Assembly: GCA_019634005.1 (NCBI GenBank)
Contig: JAHQWD010000003.1
Location: 2,525-66,524 of the forward strand
Origin: Candidatus Kaiserbacteria bacterium
GTDB lineage: Bacteria > Patescibacteriota > Minisyncoccia > Phycocordibacterales > UBA918
Length of the DNA stretch: 64,000 nt
Reading direction: 5' to 3'
The stretch's first letter is position 1. Each line of letters opens with the position of its first letter. A program made the translations under genes and the position numbers. Below, one piece after another: positions 37,519 to 48,151 of the stretch. Under the pieces are notes generated by a model that was given only the letters and a program-made list of their open reading frames with translations, was not told the DNA's origin and did not search any database.

Positions 37519-38550
37519 TCATACATGGAGCATGCGACGAGATTGAAGGAGAGGTATGTCTATGGGTATGTACGGATTCATACAAGATATTGTGGTCTCC
37601 TGCAATGTAAACTCTTTTCTTCCCGACAGAGCTGCCCAGATAAGTGCGTTCTGCACCCTGGAGACATCAAAGCGTTCGACAAGCTGCTCGGGTGTTTCCA
37701 AACCCCACACAGACTTGAAGTGCACTTTTGGTAAGCAATGCACTGAGTGCGGACCAGGTATTCCAATGAGTCTCGAAAAAGCAAGAAGAAGACAGGTTTG
37801 ACGAACCACCGATGCGCCGGTAACCAGGTGTCGGATAGGTGCTTCTTCCTGATATGCTTTCCAAAGGTATGGCCACCAGAGAAAGTCATTATCAAGCCAC
37901 CAGGATCGTCCTTCTAGGCGTACAGTAACTATCCTACGTGTCTTCCGTGAGATTAAGAGTTGCACACCTTCAAGTCTATCTAATTCCGCTCTCATTTCCG
38001 AAGCTGCCCATGACGGGTGCGTTTCAGGTAATGTAAGAGAAGGTAGTGGTGCGGTAACAAGAGCCTCTTCATCTGATGATGTGACGGGAGAATTACAGCA
38101 TGCTGCAATTTCCCCTTTAAGAAGAGTCTTCCGTGTGCCACGAAGTACAACTCCAGATACATACTCAACGTTTCCGCACGCACATCGCATGATCTGGCGA
38201 CGTTCCTTTTTAATGAGACCTTGATCAAAGAGTGTTTGCACAACCTCCTGTATAACATCCTGTGTCATTACAGAGTCGAGCCACCAAAAGGTTGGAGAAA
38301 TTCCGAGAAGGCCTACTCGATTCTGTAGGACAGGCAGCATTCTTGGTTCACCAAGTTTGCCGTGCAGATTGATTCCGAATAACGTTTCTGTGGCACTTGT
38401 GCGCGCAAGTCTGTCTGCATATGCAAACAAACTATAGAAACCCAGTTTGTGTGAGTGCATCGGGCTAACCGGCAATACACCGACAAAATCTTGATTACAC
38501 ATTACAATCTCCCTATGAAAGTGATTCCACGCCAATCCTGCCACATACAT
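37519..38550 (-). CDS. class I aminoacyl-tRNA synthetase-like catalytic-core paralog (MetRS-like, degenerate motifs); function unknown
   Basis: LPVSPMHSHKLGF lies where the HIGH motif would be. A Cys knuckle RCACGN...AACCNSP is present. KVHFKSVWGLETPEQLVERFDVSRVQNALIWAAL resembles MetRS [28 protein letters not shown]. Only 343 aa, with no anticodon-binding domain. Confidence 0.45.
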   Translation of the reverse strand: MYVAGLAWNHFHREIVMCNQDFVGVLPVSPMHSHKLGFYSLFAYADRLARTSATETLFGINLHGKLGEPRMLPVLQNRVGLLGISPTFWWLDSVMTQDVIQEVVQTLFDQGLIKKERRQIMRCACGNVEYVSGVVLRGTRKTLLKGEIAACCNSPVTSSDEEALVTAPLPSLTLPETHPSWAASEMRAELDRLEGVQLLISRKTRRIVTVRLEGRSWWLDNDFLWWPYLWKAYQEEAPIRHLVTGASVVRQTCLLLAFSRLIGIPGPHSVHCLPKVHFKSVWGLETPEQLVERFDVSRVQNALIWAALSGRKEFTLQETTISCMNPYIPIDIPLLQSRRMLHV

Positions 38551-38574
38551 GGTACTTCTGCAAGATGGTGGTGA

Positions 38575-40062
38575 CTATGTCTCTGGATTAAGGATCGAAT
38601 AGAGTGCTGGGAATATCCTCGAGGTCTTTTTATGAAAGGAGAGATGCTCTGTGGGGAGTGGTGTTACGGATATCTGAGCCTGCCTACATATCTGTTGAAG
38701 AGTCTCTATGGGTATTTGCCGATCATTCTCCCCGGCAAGGATGTGATATTTGTCGGCACGAAAGGAAGAGTGTTGCATAACTGCTTCTAGTGAAAGTATC
38801 TCATCGTTTACGAGTCGACTCCAATCTGCATCAGTGAATCGGTACGCTACTCCAAACGAACGCTGCATAAACGATTTCAGTGTATCAATATCTGGAACCT
38901 GACTCATTGCGTATACAGGAGATAACGCAATGACACGATCAATTGCATTGTTGACACCAGCATAGAGTGCGACGAGTCCTCCAAAGCTGGCACCAAGAAC
39001 CGTGATATGTTCTGTATGAACAGTCTGCCCGTCTACGTTGATACCTCCTTGTATAAGCTCTGCAAGTTCCTGAATATCTTCAGCGGGATTGTGGTCAAGA
39101 AATACTCCTTCTGATTCCCAGGTCCCTTTTAGTCGAGGGAAGAATACAGCGTACCCCCAAGAGGCAAGGAGGTTGAGAAAGGTGTCGAGTACCGGCGTTC
39201 GAGGAAGGCCGTCTATGACAATGATGGCTTTTGAAAATTTCTCTGGAAGTATGTATTCGGTGATCATACCTCCTATAAAAGTGCGTGCGGGACGTTGTAT
39301 TGTACGAGGCGTGAGCATGTATGAAGTCTTGAGTGCAAGTTGGTAGAGAGTCTCATAGAAGTCAATATAGGTCTCAGCAGAGTCTACTGCGTCTTCTTTT
39401 TCAAGCCACGTCCATTGTGTGTCAGAAAATACGTGAGGAAATCGTACGCGGAATTTCTCTTCAGCCTCTTGTGTGTTGCTACATGGACCGAAGAATAGCA
39501 TTAAATCCATTAAGACACGGCGGACATGTTTCTGATGATACTGGGGATTTTTATCTCGCACATGTCGACCAATCCCCATAGCTTCGCGTCTATACTGAAA
39601 AATATAACGCTGAATTCTATTAAGTAAGCTAGTAGTTACCAACTGCTCTGAAGGACGGAACTCGGTGAAGGGATTTTCTCCATGGAGCGTTATCGCGTCT
39701 GCAAGCACATATGAGAAAAATGCACCGTGTGCGTCAAGCGAGAAGAGATCAGCTGAACCAATTTCATCACTGTAGAACAGTTGGAGGTCAAGTTCATGTT
39801 CAGAAAATATCTCTACAACCTCTCTCAATAGCCTAAGGTCTTCTGCTACATTTTGCTTCTCCTTCTTTATTACCAGTATGTCAAGATCCCAAAAGGAGTC
39901 ACTATTTAAAGAACTTCCATATAGAAGGATAGATAGATGTTCTTTCCGAAACATACGTACAATCTCCCCGGCAATGGTCTTTGCAATCATTGGTGTTGTC
40001 GCAACTGTATTCATGAGTCTCAGTATAACAAATAGTAACTTTCTTAGGGTTAAGTGTAGCAC
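38575..40062 (-). CDS. fusion protein: N-terminal minimal nucleotidyltransferase (pol-beta-like NTase) domain plus C-terminal alpha/beta hydrolase
   Basis: NTase motif LLYGSSLNSDSFWDLDILVI (GS...DxD). C-terminal nucleophile elbow GASFGG followed by a catalytic-His region. The start could be 40014. Confidence 0.6.
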   Translation of the reverse strand: MLHLTLRKLLFVILRLMNTVATTPMIAKTIAGEIVRMFRKEHLSILLYGSSLNSDSFWDLDILVIKKEKQNVAEDLRLLREVVEIFSEHELDLQLFYSDEIGSADLFSLDAHGAFFSYVLADAITLHGENPFTEFRPSEQLVTTSLLNRIQRYIFQYRREAMGIGRHVRDKNPQYHQKHVRRVLMDLMLFFGPCSNTQEAEEKFRVRFPHVFSDTQWTWLEKEDAVDSAETYIDFYETLYQLALKTSYMLTPRTIQRPARTFIGGMITEYILPEKFSKAIIVIDGLPRTPVLDTFLNLLASWGYAVFFPRLKGTWESEGVFLDHNPAEDIQELAELIQGGINVDGQTVHTEHITVLGASFGGLVALYAGVNNAIDRVIALSPVYAMSQVPDIDTLKSFMQRSFGVAYRFTDADWSRLVNDEILSLEAVMQHSSFRADKYHILAGENDRQIPIETLQQICRQAQISVTPLPTEHLSFHKKTSRIFPALYSILNPET

Positions 40063-40153
40063 CCATTCTGGGTTAGAGATCCATAAAACTTGAAACGTTT
40101 TGAAGGTGGTTTTATAATACCCCCATTTACAAGGAGGTAATTACATATTCCAT

Positions 40154-42108
<1,955 letters not shown>

Positions 42109-42109
42109 A

Positions 42110-42140
42110 AGAAAAAACCTCCGAAAGGAGGTTTTTTCTT
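42110..42140. terminator. bidirectional intrinsic terminator
   Basis: AAAAAACCTCCGAAAGGAGGTTTTTTC. Confidence 0.75.
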
Positions 42141-42357
42141 ATTTCACAAAGTAATCGATTGGTTTCTTGTAGAGCTTCGCGAGATCAGACATTTCAATGA
42201 GATCTACATTTCGTTCCCCGCGCTCAATCTTTGAAACGTATGACTGTGGTTTCTTGAGCTTATCTCCTACAGTCTCTTGGGTGAGTCCAGCATCCAGCCG
42301 TGCTGCACGCAGCCTTTTAATGAGTTTTTGATATCGAGGTTTATATTTCTTCGACAT
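42139..42357 (-). CDS. XRE-family HTH transcriptional regulator
   Basis: LTQETVGDKLKKPQSYVSKIERGER. Confidence 0.75.
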   Translation of the reverse strand: MSKKYKPRYQKLIKRLRAARLDAGLTQETVGDKLKKPQSYVSKIERGERNVDLIEMSDLAKLYKKPIDYFVK

Positions 42358-42377
42358 ACCGTATATGCATATACGGT
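42358..42377. promoter_or_regulatory. perfect 20-bp palindrome (putative operator) in divergent promoter region
   Basis: ACCGTATATGCATATACGGT equals its own reverse complement. It lies 1 nt upstream of the XRE start codon. Confidence 0.55.
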
Positions 42378-42449
42378 AGCGCTAGAATATTGATATACCA
42401 TTTCAGAATGAGGGGAGAAAATGGACCCTTGTGATACACTGAGCGGACT

Positions 42450-43070
42450 ATGGATTCTGAGCAGAAGAAACTTGTAGTCATTGTCCCTGGATCAAGGACA
42501 AAGGAAGTGAGGATCCCTCTTATAAGGATGCTTATGCAGAGTTTTTACAGCCATTTCGGTGTGGATGAGACGGGAGATGAGTGGGTACAAGCACTGCATG
42601 AGCATCTTGAAGATGAGACAACCGATGTTGTGATATTCACTTGGTCTGGAGGCATTTCCCCGATCGCAACAGGTCGTGCTGCAAAGAGACTACGCACGTT
42701 TCTTGAAGAACAGAAAGACAGAGAGATTATCCTTTTTACAAAGAGTCTTGGTGGCGTTGTTGCAGAGAAAGCCCTTAAGGATGGTGGCATTCATGTTCTG
42801 AAACTGATACAAGTTGCGACACCACACTTCCGCTTTCGAAGAAAGTTAGAAAATACAGAGGTTATAAACATATATTCTCCAGAGGACACCTATCACACAC
42901 TCGCACACAAGGTGCTTTTTCTTGGTATGGGAACTTTTGATGTGCCCCATGCCCAGAATATTGCGCTCTCGGGAATAATGCATAGCGGCTTCAACTATGA
43001 TAACGAGATTGTGTACAAGGGTAAGACACAGTCTCTTTTTGATCTCTATAAAGAGATAGTAGACAACTGA
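42450..43070 (+). CDS. putative alpha/beta-fold hydrolase-like protein
   Basis: FTKSLGG degenerate nucleophile elbow. 206 aa. Confidence 0.4.
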   Translation: MDSEQKKLVVIVPGSRTKEVRIPLIRMLMQSFYSHFGVDETGDEWVQALHEHLEDETTDVVIFTWSGGISPIATGRAAKRLRTFLEEQKDREIILFTKSLGGVVAEKALKDGGIHVLKLIQVATPHFRFRRKLENTEVINIYSPEDTYHTLAHKVLFLGMGTFDVPHAQNIALSGIMHSGFNYDNEIVYKGKTQSLFDLYKEIVDN

Positions 43071-43123
43071 CAGAATATAGAGTCTGCGGTATACTGTCTT
43101 CACTTACAACTAAGCGACATTCT

Positions 43124-43684
43124 ATGAATCTTACATACATTATTTATGCAGTTATCGCGATCATTATCCTCTGGGTAATCTTCGCGTACAACAACTTCGT
43201 ACGTCTTGTACAGCGTACAAAAGAGGCGTGGGCAGACATCGACGTGCAGATGAAGCGTCGTTATGATCTCATTCCTAATCTTGTGGAGACCGTGAAAGGG
43301 TATGCGGATCATGAGAAGGAGACACTTGCGAAAGTGACTGAAATGCGTACACGCGCAATGAACGCAGGCACACCACAGGAGCAGGTGGAGGCAGATAATA
43401 TGCTTACGGGGGCACTGAAGTCTCTTTTTGCGGTATCAGAAAACTATCCAGACCTCAAGGCAAACGAGAACTTCCTCGAACTGCAACGAGAACTTACTGA
43501 CACAGAGAATAAGATTCAGGCGGCACGTCGCTTCTACAACACGAATGTGCGAGACCTCACTATCGGTCTCCAGTCTTTCCCAGGGAATATTATTGGAAAG
43601 ACATTTGGTTTCTCTGCAGAAGAGTACTTTGAGCTTGATGAGTCAGAGTCTGCTGCACGTGAGCCAGTGAAGGTGGAACTCTAA
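43124..43684 (+). CDS. lemA: LemA family protein
   Basis: An N-terminal TM helix followed by the LemA pattern NNFVRLVQRTKEAWADIDVQMKRRYDLIPNLVETVKGY. Confidence 0.85.
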   Translation: MNLTYIIYAVIAIIILWVIFAYNNFVRLVQRTKEAWADIDVQMKRRYDLIPNLVETVKGYADHEKETLAKVTEMRTRAMNAGTPQEQVEADNMLTGALKSLFAVSENYPDLKANENFLELQRELTDTENKIQAARRFYNTNVRDLTIGLQSFPGNIIGKTFGFSAEEYFELDESESAAREPVKVEL

Positions 43685-44580
43685 TGGCAACACTCTATAC
43701 ACAACAGGGTAAAAACATACGAAAGACATGGTTTCTCATGACCATGTTCTTGGTTATTGTAATTGCTATCGGCTATGGAGTTTCATGGTATCTCGGTGAC
43801 CCAATCATCATGTATGTTGCGATTGTCTTTGCGCTCGTGATGAATGTCGGAAGTTATTGGTTCTCAGATAAGGTGGTGGTCGCTATGACAGGTGCAAAAC
43901 CAATAGAGCGCGGGGAGCATCGAGAACTCTGGAATCTCGTGGAGAATCTCTCCATCACCGCAGGGCTCCCTATGCCGAAAGTGTATATCGTGGAAGATTC
44001 TGCACCCAATGCATTTGCCACGGGACGAGACCCAGAGCATGCGGTGGTTGCGGTCACAACAGGACTCCTTGGTATTTTAGACCGTACAGAACTTGAGGGT
44101 GTTCTTGCACACGAACTCTCACATGTGGGGAACAGAGACATGCTCGTCTCCACCGTTGCGGTGGTGCTTGCGGGGTTCGTTGCCATCGTCGCGGACATGC
44201 TGATGCGAAGTATGATGTTTGGCGGGGGAGACAGTAGAGATAAGTCGCCAATCTTCCTTGTACTTGGTATTGTCGGCATCATTCTTGCTCCAATTGCTGC
44301 ACAGTTAATACAACTCTCTATTTCTCGAAAGCGGGAATATCTCGCTGACGCATCGGGGGCGCTTCTGACCCGATATCCTGAAGGACTTGCCTCTGCGCTT
44401 GAGAAAATCTCTACGTATAGTCGGCCGATGAAACGGGCGAATAACGCAACGGCACATCTCTTTATTGCAGATCCATTCGGGAATGATAAGAAGAGTATTG
44501 GACAGAAGGTATCGAATCTTTTTCAAACACACCCACCTGCAGGAGATCGTATTAAAATCTTACGAGGGATGGATATATGA
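43684..44580 (+). CDS. htpX: M48-family zinc metalloprotease HtpX
   Basis: HELSHV zinc motif, four TM helices and the conserved downstream Glu (REYLAD). Confidence 0.9.
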   Translation: MATLYTQQGKNIRKTWFLMTMFLVIVIAIGYGVSWYLGDPIIMYVAIVFALVMNVGSYWFSDKVVVAMTGAKPIERGEHRELWNLVENLSITAGLPMPKVYIVEDSAPNAFATGRDPEHAVVAVTTGLLGILDRTELEGVLAHELSHVGNRDMLVSTVAVVLAGFVAIVADMLMRSMMFGGGDSRDKSPIFLVLGIVGIILAPIAAQLIQLSISRKREYLADASGALLTRYPEGLASALEKISTYSRPMKRANNATAHLFIADPFGNDKKSIGQKVSNLFQTHPPAGDRIKILRGMDI

Positions 44581-45020
44581 AACAAATTTCATTCTCATGG
44601 GAGGAAGGACATCTCTTAGATTTCTGGACAGTCGTTCACTTTCTCTCTGGTGCAGTCATCGGTTTCTTCGGAGAGATTTCGCTTTTGTCTTTCAAACAGG
44701 TGTTGATCATAGGCTCCATACTCCTTGTGTTGTGGGAGGTTTTTGAGCACGTGCGTGGTATCCGCGAGACGATCATGAATCGGATTATAGATGTCATTAT
44801 TGCAGTCATTGGTATGCTCCTCTTCTTTATGATCTCTTTTGTATACCGTGATCTAACCGTGACGCTTGGAGTGGGACTTACGGTACTTACTATATTTCTC
44901 TCATATCGAGGATGGAGGGCATATCTCATCCGTGTTGGAAAACAACCACCACATGATGTGAAAGAAGCGTATCGTACTGCAAAAGAGGATATTAGAGTGA
45001 AGAAGAAGGACATGGTATAA
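44577..45020 (+). CDS. hypothetical membrane protein
   Basis: ~4 TM helices. Overlaps the htpX stop. Confidence 0.5.
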   Translation: MKQISFSWEEGHLLDFWTVVHFLSGAVIGFFGEISLLSFKQVLIIGSILLVLWEVFEHVRGIRETIMNRIIDVIIAVIGMLLFFMISFVYRDLTVTLGVGLTVLTIFLSYRGWRAYLIRVGKQPPHDVKEAYRTAKEDIRVKKKDMV

Positions 45021-45031
45021 CAGTGTCTACT

Positions 45032-45115
45032 GGAGAAGTGGCTGAGTGGTTTAAGGCGCACGCTTGGAAAGTGTGTTGGGTGAAAGCTCACGCAGGTTCG
45101 AATCCTGTCTTCTCC
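45032..45115 (+). tRNA. tRNA-Ser (GGA)
   Basis: GGAGAAGTGGCTGAGTGGTTTAAGGCGCACGCTTGGAAAGTGTGTTGGGTGAAAGCTCACGCAGGTTCGAATCCTGTCTTCTCCG. Long variable arm. Confidence 0.85.
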
Positions 45116-45118
45116 GCT

Positions 45119-45271
45119 ATGAATAAAAAAGAGGAACGTACAGCAAAATATGTTGGCTTAGGAGTGGCATTTGGAGCCGCTTTTGGTGCTGCCCTCGGGG
45201 ATCTTGGGATGGGGATTGCTATAGGCGTTGCACTTGGCGCAGCGATTGGAACGCAAAAAAGTCTTAAATAG
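45119..45271 (+). CDS. possible glycine-zipper small membrane protein
   Basis: MNKKEERTAKYVGLGVAFGAAFGAALGDLGMGIAIGVALGAAIGTQKSLK. There is no room for an RBS because the tRNA ends 4 nt upstream. Confidence 0.3.
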   Translation: MNKKEERTAKYVGLGVAFGAAFGAALGDLGMGIAIGVALGAAIGTQKSLK

Positions 45272-45350
45272 AGCCATTAAATAATATTGACGACCATAGG
45301 GATACATAGTATTATATTATCTATACAGACATATCAGAGGAGGAAGTATA

Positions 45351-45569
45351 GTGGTTCAGGAAATACCAAAAAAGGGGGACGAGTACTACTTCAGTGTCGA
45401 GGGAAAAATTCTGCTTGCGCACATAAGCGAGGTTGATGTAAAGAAAGACTCTCTCGGGACGGTTATTCTCTGTCGCATCAAACTCCAAGGAATCCAGGGA
45501 GACTGGATTACGTGGGTAGACTCGACCCCAGAAAACCAGGAGAGATTGAAGGAGTGGTACGAAGGGTAG
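45351..45569 (+). CDS. hypothetical small protein
   Basis: RBS ggagga before GTG. Followed by the terminator AAAGCCGAGCatccGCTCGGCTTTTT (45590-45615). Confidence 0.45.
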   Translation: MVQEIPKKGDEYYFSVEGKILLAHISEVDVKKDSLGTVILCRIKLQGIQGDWITWVDSTPENQERLKEWYEG

Positions 45570-45764
45570 TCAACAATGTTCTTTCTTTGAAAGCCGAGCA
45601 TCCGCTCGGCTTTTTCCGTACCCGAGACTCTGGACACCTTCATAAAAAATTGTCGCGATACGTTGTACACAGATAACTTTTTAAAGTGCGTGCTAGAATG
45701 GGGTAACTCCGAGGGAAGTCTCCCTCAACAATGCTCTACCCTTATTCATAAAGAGAAGAAGATT

Positions 45765-46799
45765 ATGCCAATTGCGAAAGGAGCACCAGTTGTTGATGTA
45801 AATCAGCGCCGTATTATCAACGGGGGAGATGCCGATGTAATGCAGCTTTATCCAATGCGTCATACATTCGCATGGGATGCGTATGAAGCAGGAAATGCGA
45901 ACCACTGGCTTCCGACCGAAATTTCTATGCAGCTCGATATTGAGCAGTGGAAGAGTGACTCAGTACTCTCTGATGATGAGCGTAAAGCGTTTGAAACCGT
46001 ACTTGGTTTCTTCACCACTGCGGACTCTATTGCAGCAAACAACGTGGTGCTTGCTATCTATAAGCACATTACGTCACCAGAATGTCGTATGTACCTACTC
46101 CGTCAGGGATATGAGGAGGCGATTCACACACACGCGTACCAGTACATCGTAGAGTCTCTTGGTATGGATGAGAGCAAGATCTTCAATATGTACCGTGAAG
46201 TGGAGGCAATTTATGAGAAAGACAACATGGTACTCTCACTCAATGAGGGAATCTTTGATCCACACTTTAAAACAGGGACACTGGAGAACGACCAGAAGTT
46301 CCTTGAGAACCTCATTGTGTTCTCACTCATCATGGAGGGCATCTTCTTCTACTCTTCATTTGCGGTGATGTTTGGATTTCAGCGTCAGCATAAGATGACT
46401 GGTTCTGCAGAACAGATTCAGTACATCATGCGTGACGAGTCTCAGCATCTTAACTTCGGTATCAACCTCATTAACACTATTAAAGAGGAGCAGCCAGAGG
46501 TGTGGACTCCAGGATTCCAAGAACACGTCATTGACCTCGTGAAGCGTGCGGTGGTTCTTGAGTACACTTTTGCAACAGAAGTGTTTCCGCGTGGAATCTT
46601 TGGTATGAACGCAGACGGATTCAAGCAATATATTGAACACATTGCAGACCGCCGCCTTGAGCGCATTGGGCTTCCAAAGCAGTACAATGTGGAGAATCCA
46701 TTCCCATGGATGTCTGAGGCGGTAGACCTCAACAAAGAAAAAAACTTCTTTGAGACACGGGTCACCGAGTACAAGACGGGAGGACAGCTCTCCTGGTAA
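45765..46799 (+). CDS. nrdB: ribonucleotide reductase class I beta subunit (NrdB/NrdF-like)
   Basis: Di-iron ligand motifs EAIHTHAY and FFYSSFAVMF...MRDESQHLNFG. No alpha subunit is present in this window. Confidence 0.9.
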   Translation: MPIAKGAPVVDVNQRRIINGGDADVMQLYPMRHTFAWDAYEAGNANHWLPTEISMQLDIEQWKSDSVLSDDERKAFETVLGFFTTADSIAANNVVLAIYKHITSPECRMYLLRQGYEEAIHTHAYQYIVESLGMDESKIFNMYREVEAIYEKDNMVLSLNEGIFDPHFKTGTLENDQKFLENLIVFSLIMEGIFFYSSFAVMFGFQRQHKMTGSAEQIQYIMRDESQHLNFGINLINTIKEEQPEVWTPGFQEHVIDLVKRAVVLEYTFATEVFPRGIFGMNADGFKQYIEHIADRRLERIGLPKQYNVENPFPWMSEAVDLNKEKNFFETRVTEYKTGGQLSW

Positions 46800-46803
46800 C
46801 AAC

Positions 46804-46827
46804 AAAGCGGCGCATGCGCCGCTTTTT
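46804..46827 (+). terminator. intrinsic terminator
   Basis: AAAGCGGCGCATGCGCCGCTTTTT. Confidence 0.75.
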
Positions 46828-46841
46828 GGTATACTTTCTGT

Positions 46842-47231
46842 ATGAAAGGATATGTCGACAACATTGAGCGCCTGACGCTCCAAAATGAAACATTTCGCAC
46901 TGTGCTCTATACGACACCGAGGAGTCAGCTGGTGATTATGACACTGCAACCAGGCGAGGATATTGGTCTTGAGACCCACGAGGAACACGATCAATTTATT
47001 CGTGTGGAGGCAGGAACAGGGGAGGCTGTTTTAAACGGAGTTTCGCATCCTGTCGCCGATGGGTTTGCAATTGTGATCCCTGCAGGGACAGAGCATAATG
47101 TAAAAAATACCGGGAGTGATGTACTTCGGCTCTATACACTCTATACACCACCAGAGCATCGACATGGTGTAGTTCACGAGACAAAGGAGGGTGTCGAAGA
47201 GGAACACTTTGACGGGGTAACAAGTAAATAG
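46842..47231 (+). CDS. cupin-domain protein
   Basis: Cupin motifs G(X)5HXH-like (LETHEEHDQFIRVEAGTGEA) and IVIPAGTEHNVKNTG. Confidence 0.7.
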   Translation: MKGYVDNIERLTLQNETFRTVLYTTPRSQLVIMTLQPGEDIGLETHEEHDQFIRVEAGTGEAVLNGVSHPVADGFAIVIPAGTEHNVKNTGSDVLRLYTLYTPPEHRHGVVHETKEGVEEEHFDGVTSK

Positions 47232-47232
47232 T

Positions 47233-47655
47233 ATGGAACTTTGGATCATCTACGCACTACTCTCCGCAGGATTCGCTGGTGCAGTGGCTGTCTTGGGAAA
47301 GATTGGTATTCAAAACATTGATTCCACCTTGGCTACTACTGTACGTGCGGTAGTGATGGCCGCATTCCTTGTGTTAGTTTCACTTTCTATTGGTAAAGCA
47401 AAATTACTCTCTACCATAGACTCCAAGGCACTGACCTTCATTGTGCTCTCTGGTATCGCAGGAGCACTTTCGTGGCTTTTCTACTTTGTGGCATTAAAGA
47501 CAGGTCCCGCATCAGCTGTTGCCGCACTTGATCGACTCTCAGTGGTGTTTGTCGTCGTACTTGCCGTACTTTTCTTAGGAGAGTCACTGACACTAAAGTC
47601 TGGGCTCGGGGTTGTGTTCCTTACTATTGGCGCTATTCTCATGACGATTAAATAA
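47233..47655 (+). CDS. EamA-like small membrane transporter domain protein
   Basis: Four TM helices with an EamA-like pattern. Confidence 0.6.
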   Translation: MELWIIYALLSAGFAGAVAVLGKIGIQNIDSTLATTVRAVVMAAFLVLVSLSIGKAKLLSTIDSKALTFIVLSGIAGALSWLFYFVALKTGPASAVAALDRLSVVFVVVLAVLFLGESLTLKSGLGVVFLTIGAILMTIK

Positions 47656-47656
47656 T

Positions 47657-48139
47657 ATGAAAGCCTTTTATTTCACACTCGTCACTACATTCCTCGTCGG
47701 ATTTATTGCTGGCTCGTATATCTATTTTGTAACAGAGGACGCACTCCCTGACTTTTTTGCAGGAACTGATGTCCCAGATTTTGAGATCATTGGCGATGCA
47801 TATGGGGGGTGTCAGATGCTGGGGGCGTGTCCTTCATTTGTTTTGCGTGACGATGGTACCTATATACATCAGATTCCACAGCGAGGGGGAACACCGATCA
47901 ATACAGAGTCCCGTCTTTCTTCCGTTGATCGAAGTGAAGTCCGAGAACTGCTTCGCGCGACAAATCTTGCACGGATAGAGCAGTCGACGTTCTCAGGCAC
48001 CTGTCCTATTGCCTTTGACGGTCTTGCGTATCGGTACAGAATCTATATTGGAGAGACGCGATATGATCTCGATTCTTGCCGACAAGATTTGGAAGGAGAA
48101 CTTTTTGAGTATCTCCCACACTATTTTGAGCGGCCATAG
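47657..48139 (+). CDS. hypothetical membrane-anchored protein
   Basis: An N-terminal TM helix, then a Cys-containing soluble domain. Confidence 0.45.
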   Translation: MKAFYFTLVTTFLVGFIAGSYIYFVTEDALPDFFAGTDVPDFEIIGDAYGGCQMLGACPSFVLRDDGTYIHQIPQRGGTPINTESRLSSVDRSEVRELLRATNLARIEQSTFSGTCPIAFDGLAYRYRIYIGETRYDLDSCRQDLEGELFEYLPHYFERP

Positions 48140-48151
48140 TATACTGTACCC

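Noticed and set aside
40063-40153. CIRCE (HrcA) operator upstream of groES
   Set aside because: No TTAGCACTC-N9-GAGTGCTAA-like inverted repeat is present in the leader.
45023-45118. N-terminal part of ORF 45023-45271 (MSTGEVAEWFKAHAWKVCWVKAHAGSNPVFSA)
   Set aside because: It is a translation of the tRNA-Ser gene. Only the downstream 50 codons (45119-45271) could be a real small protein, and even that is weakly supported.
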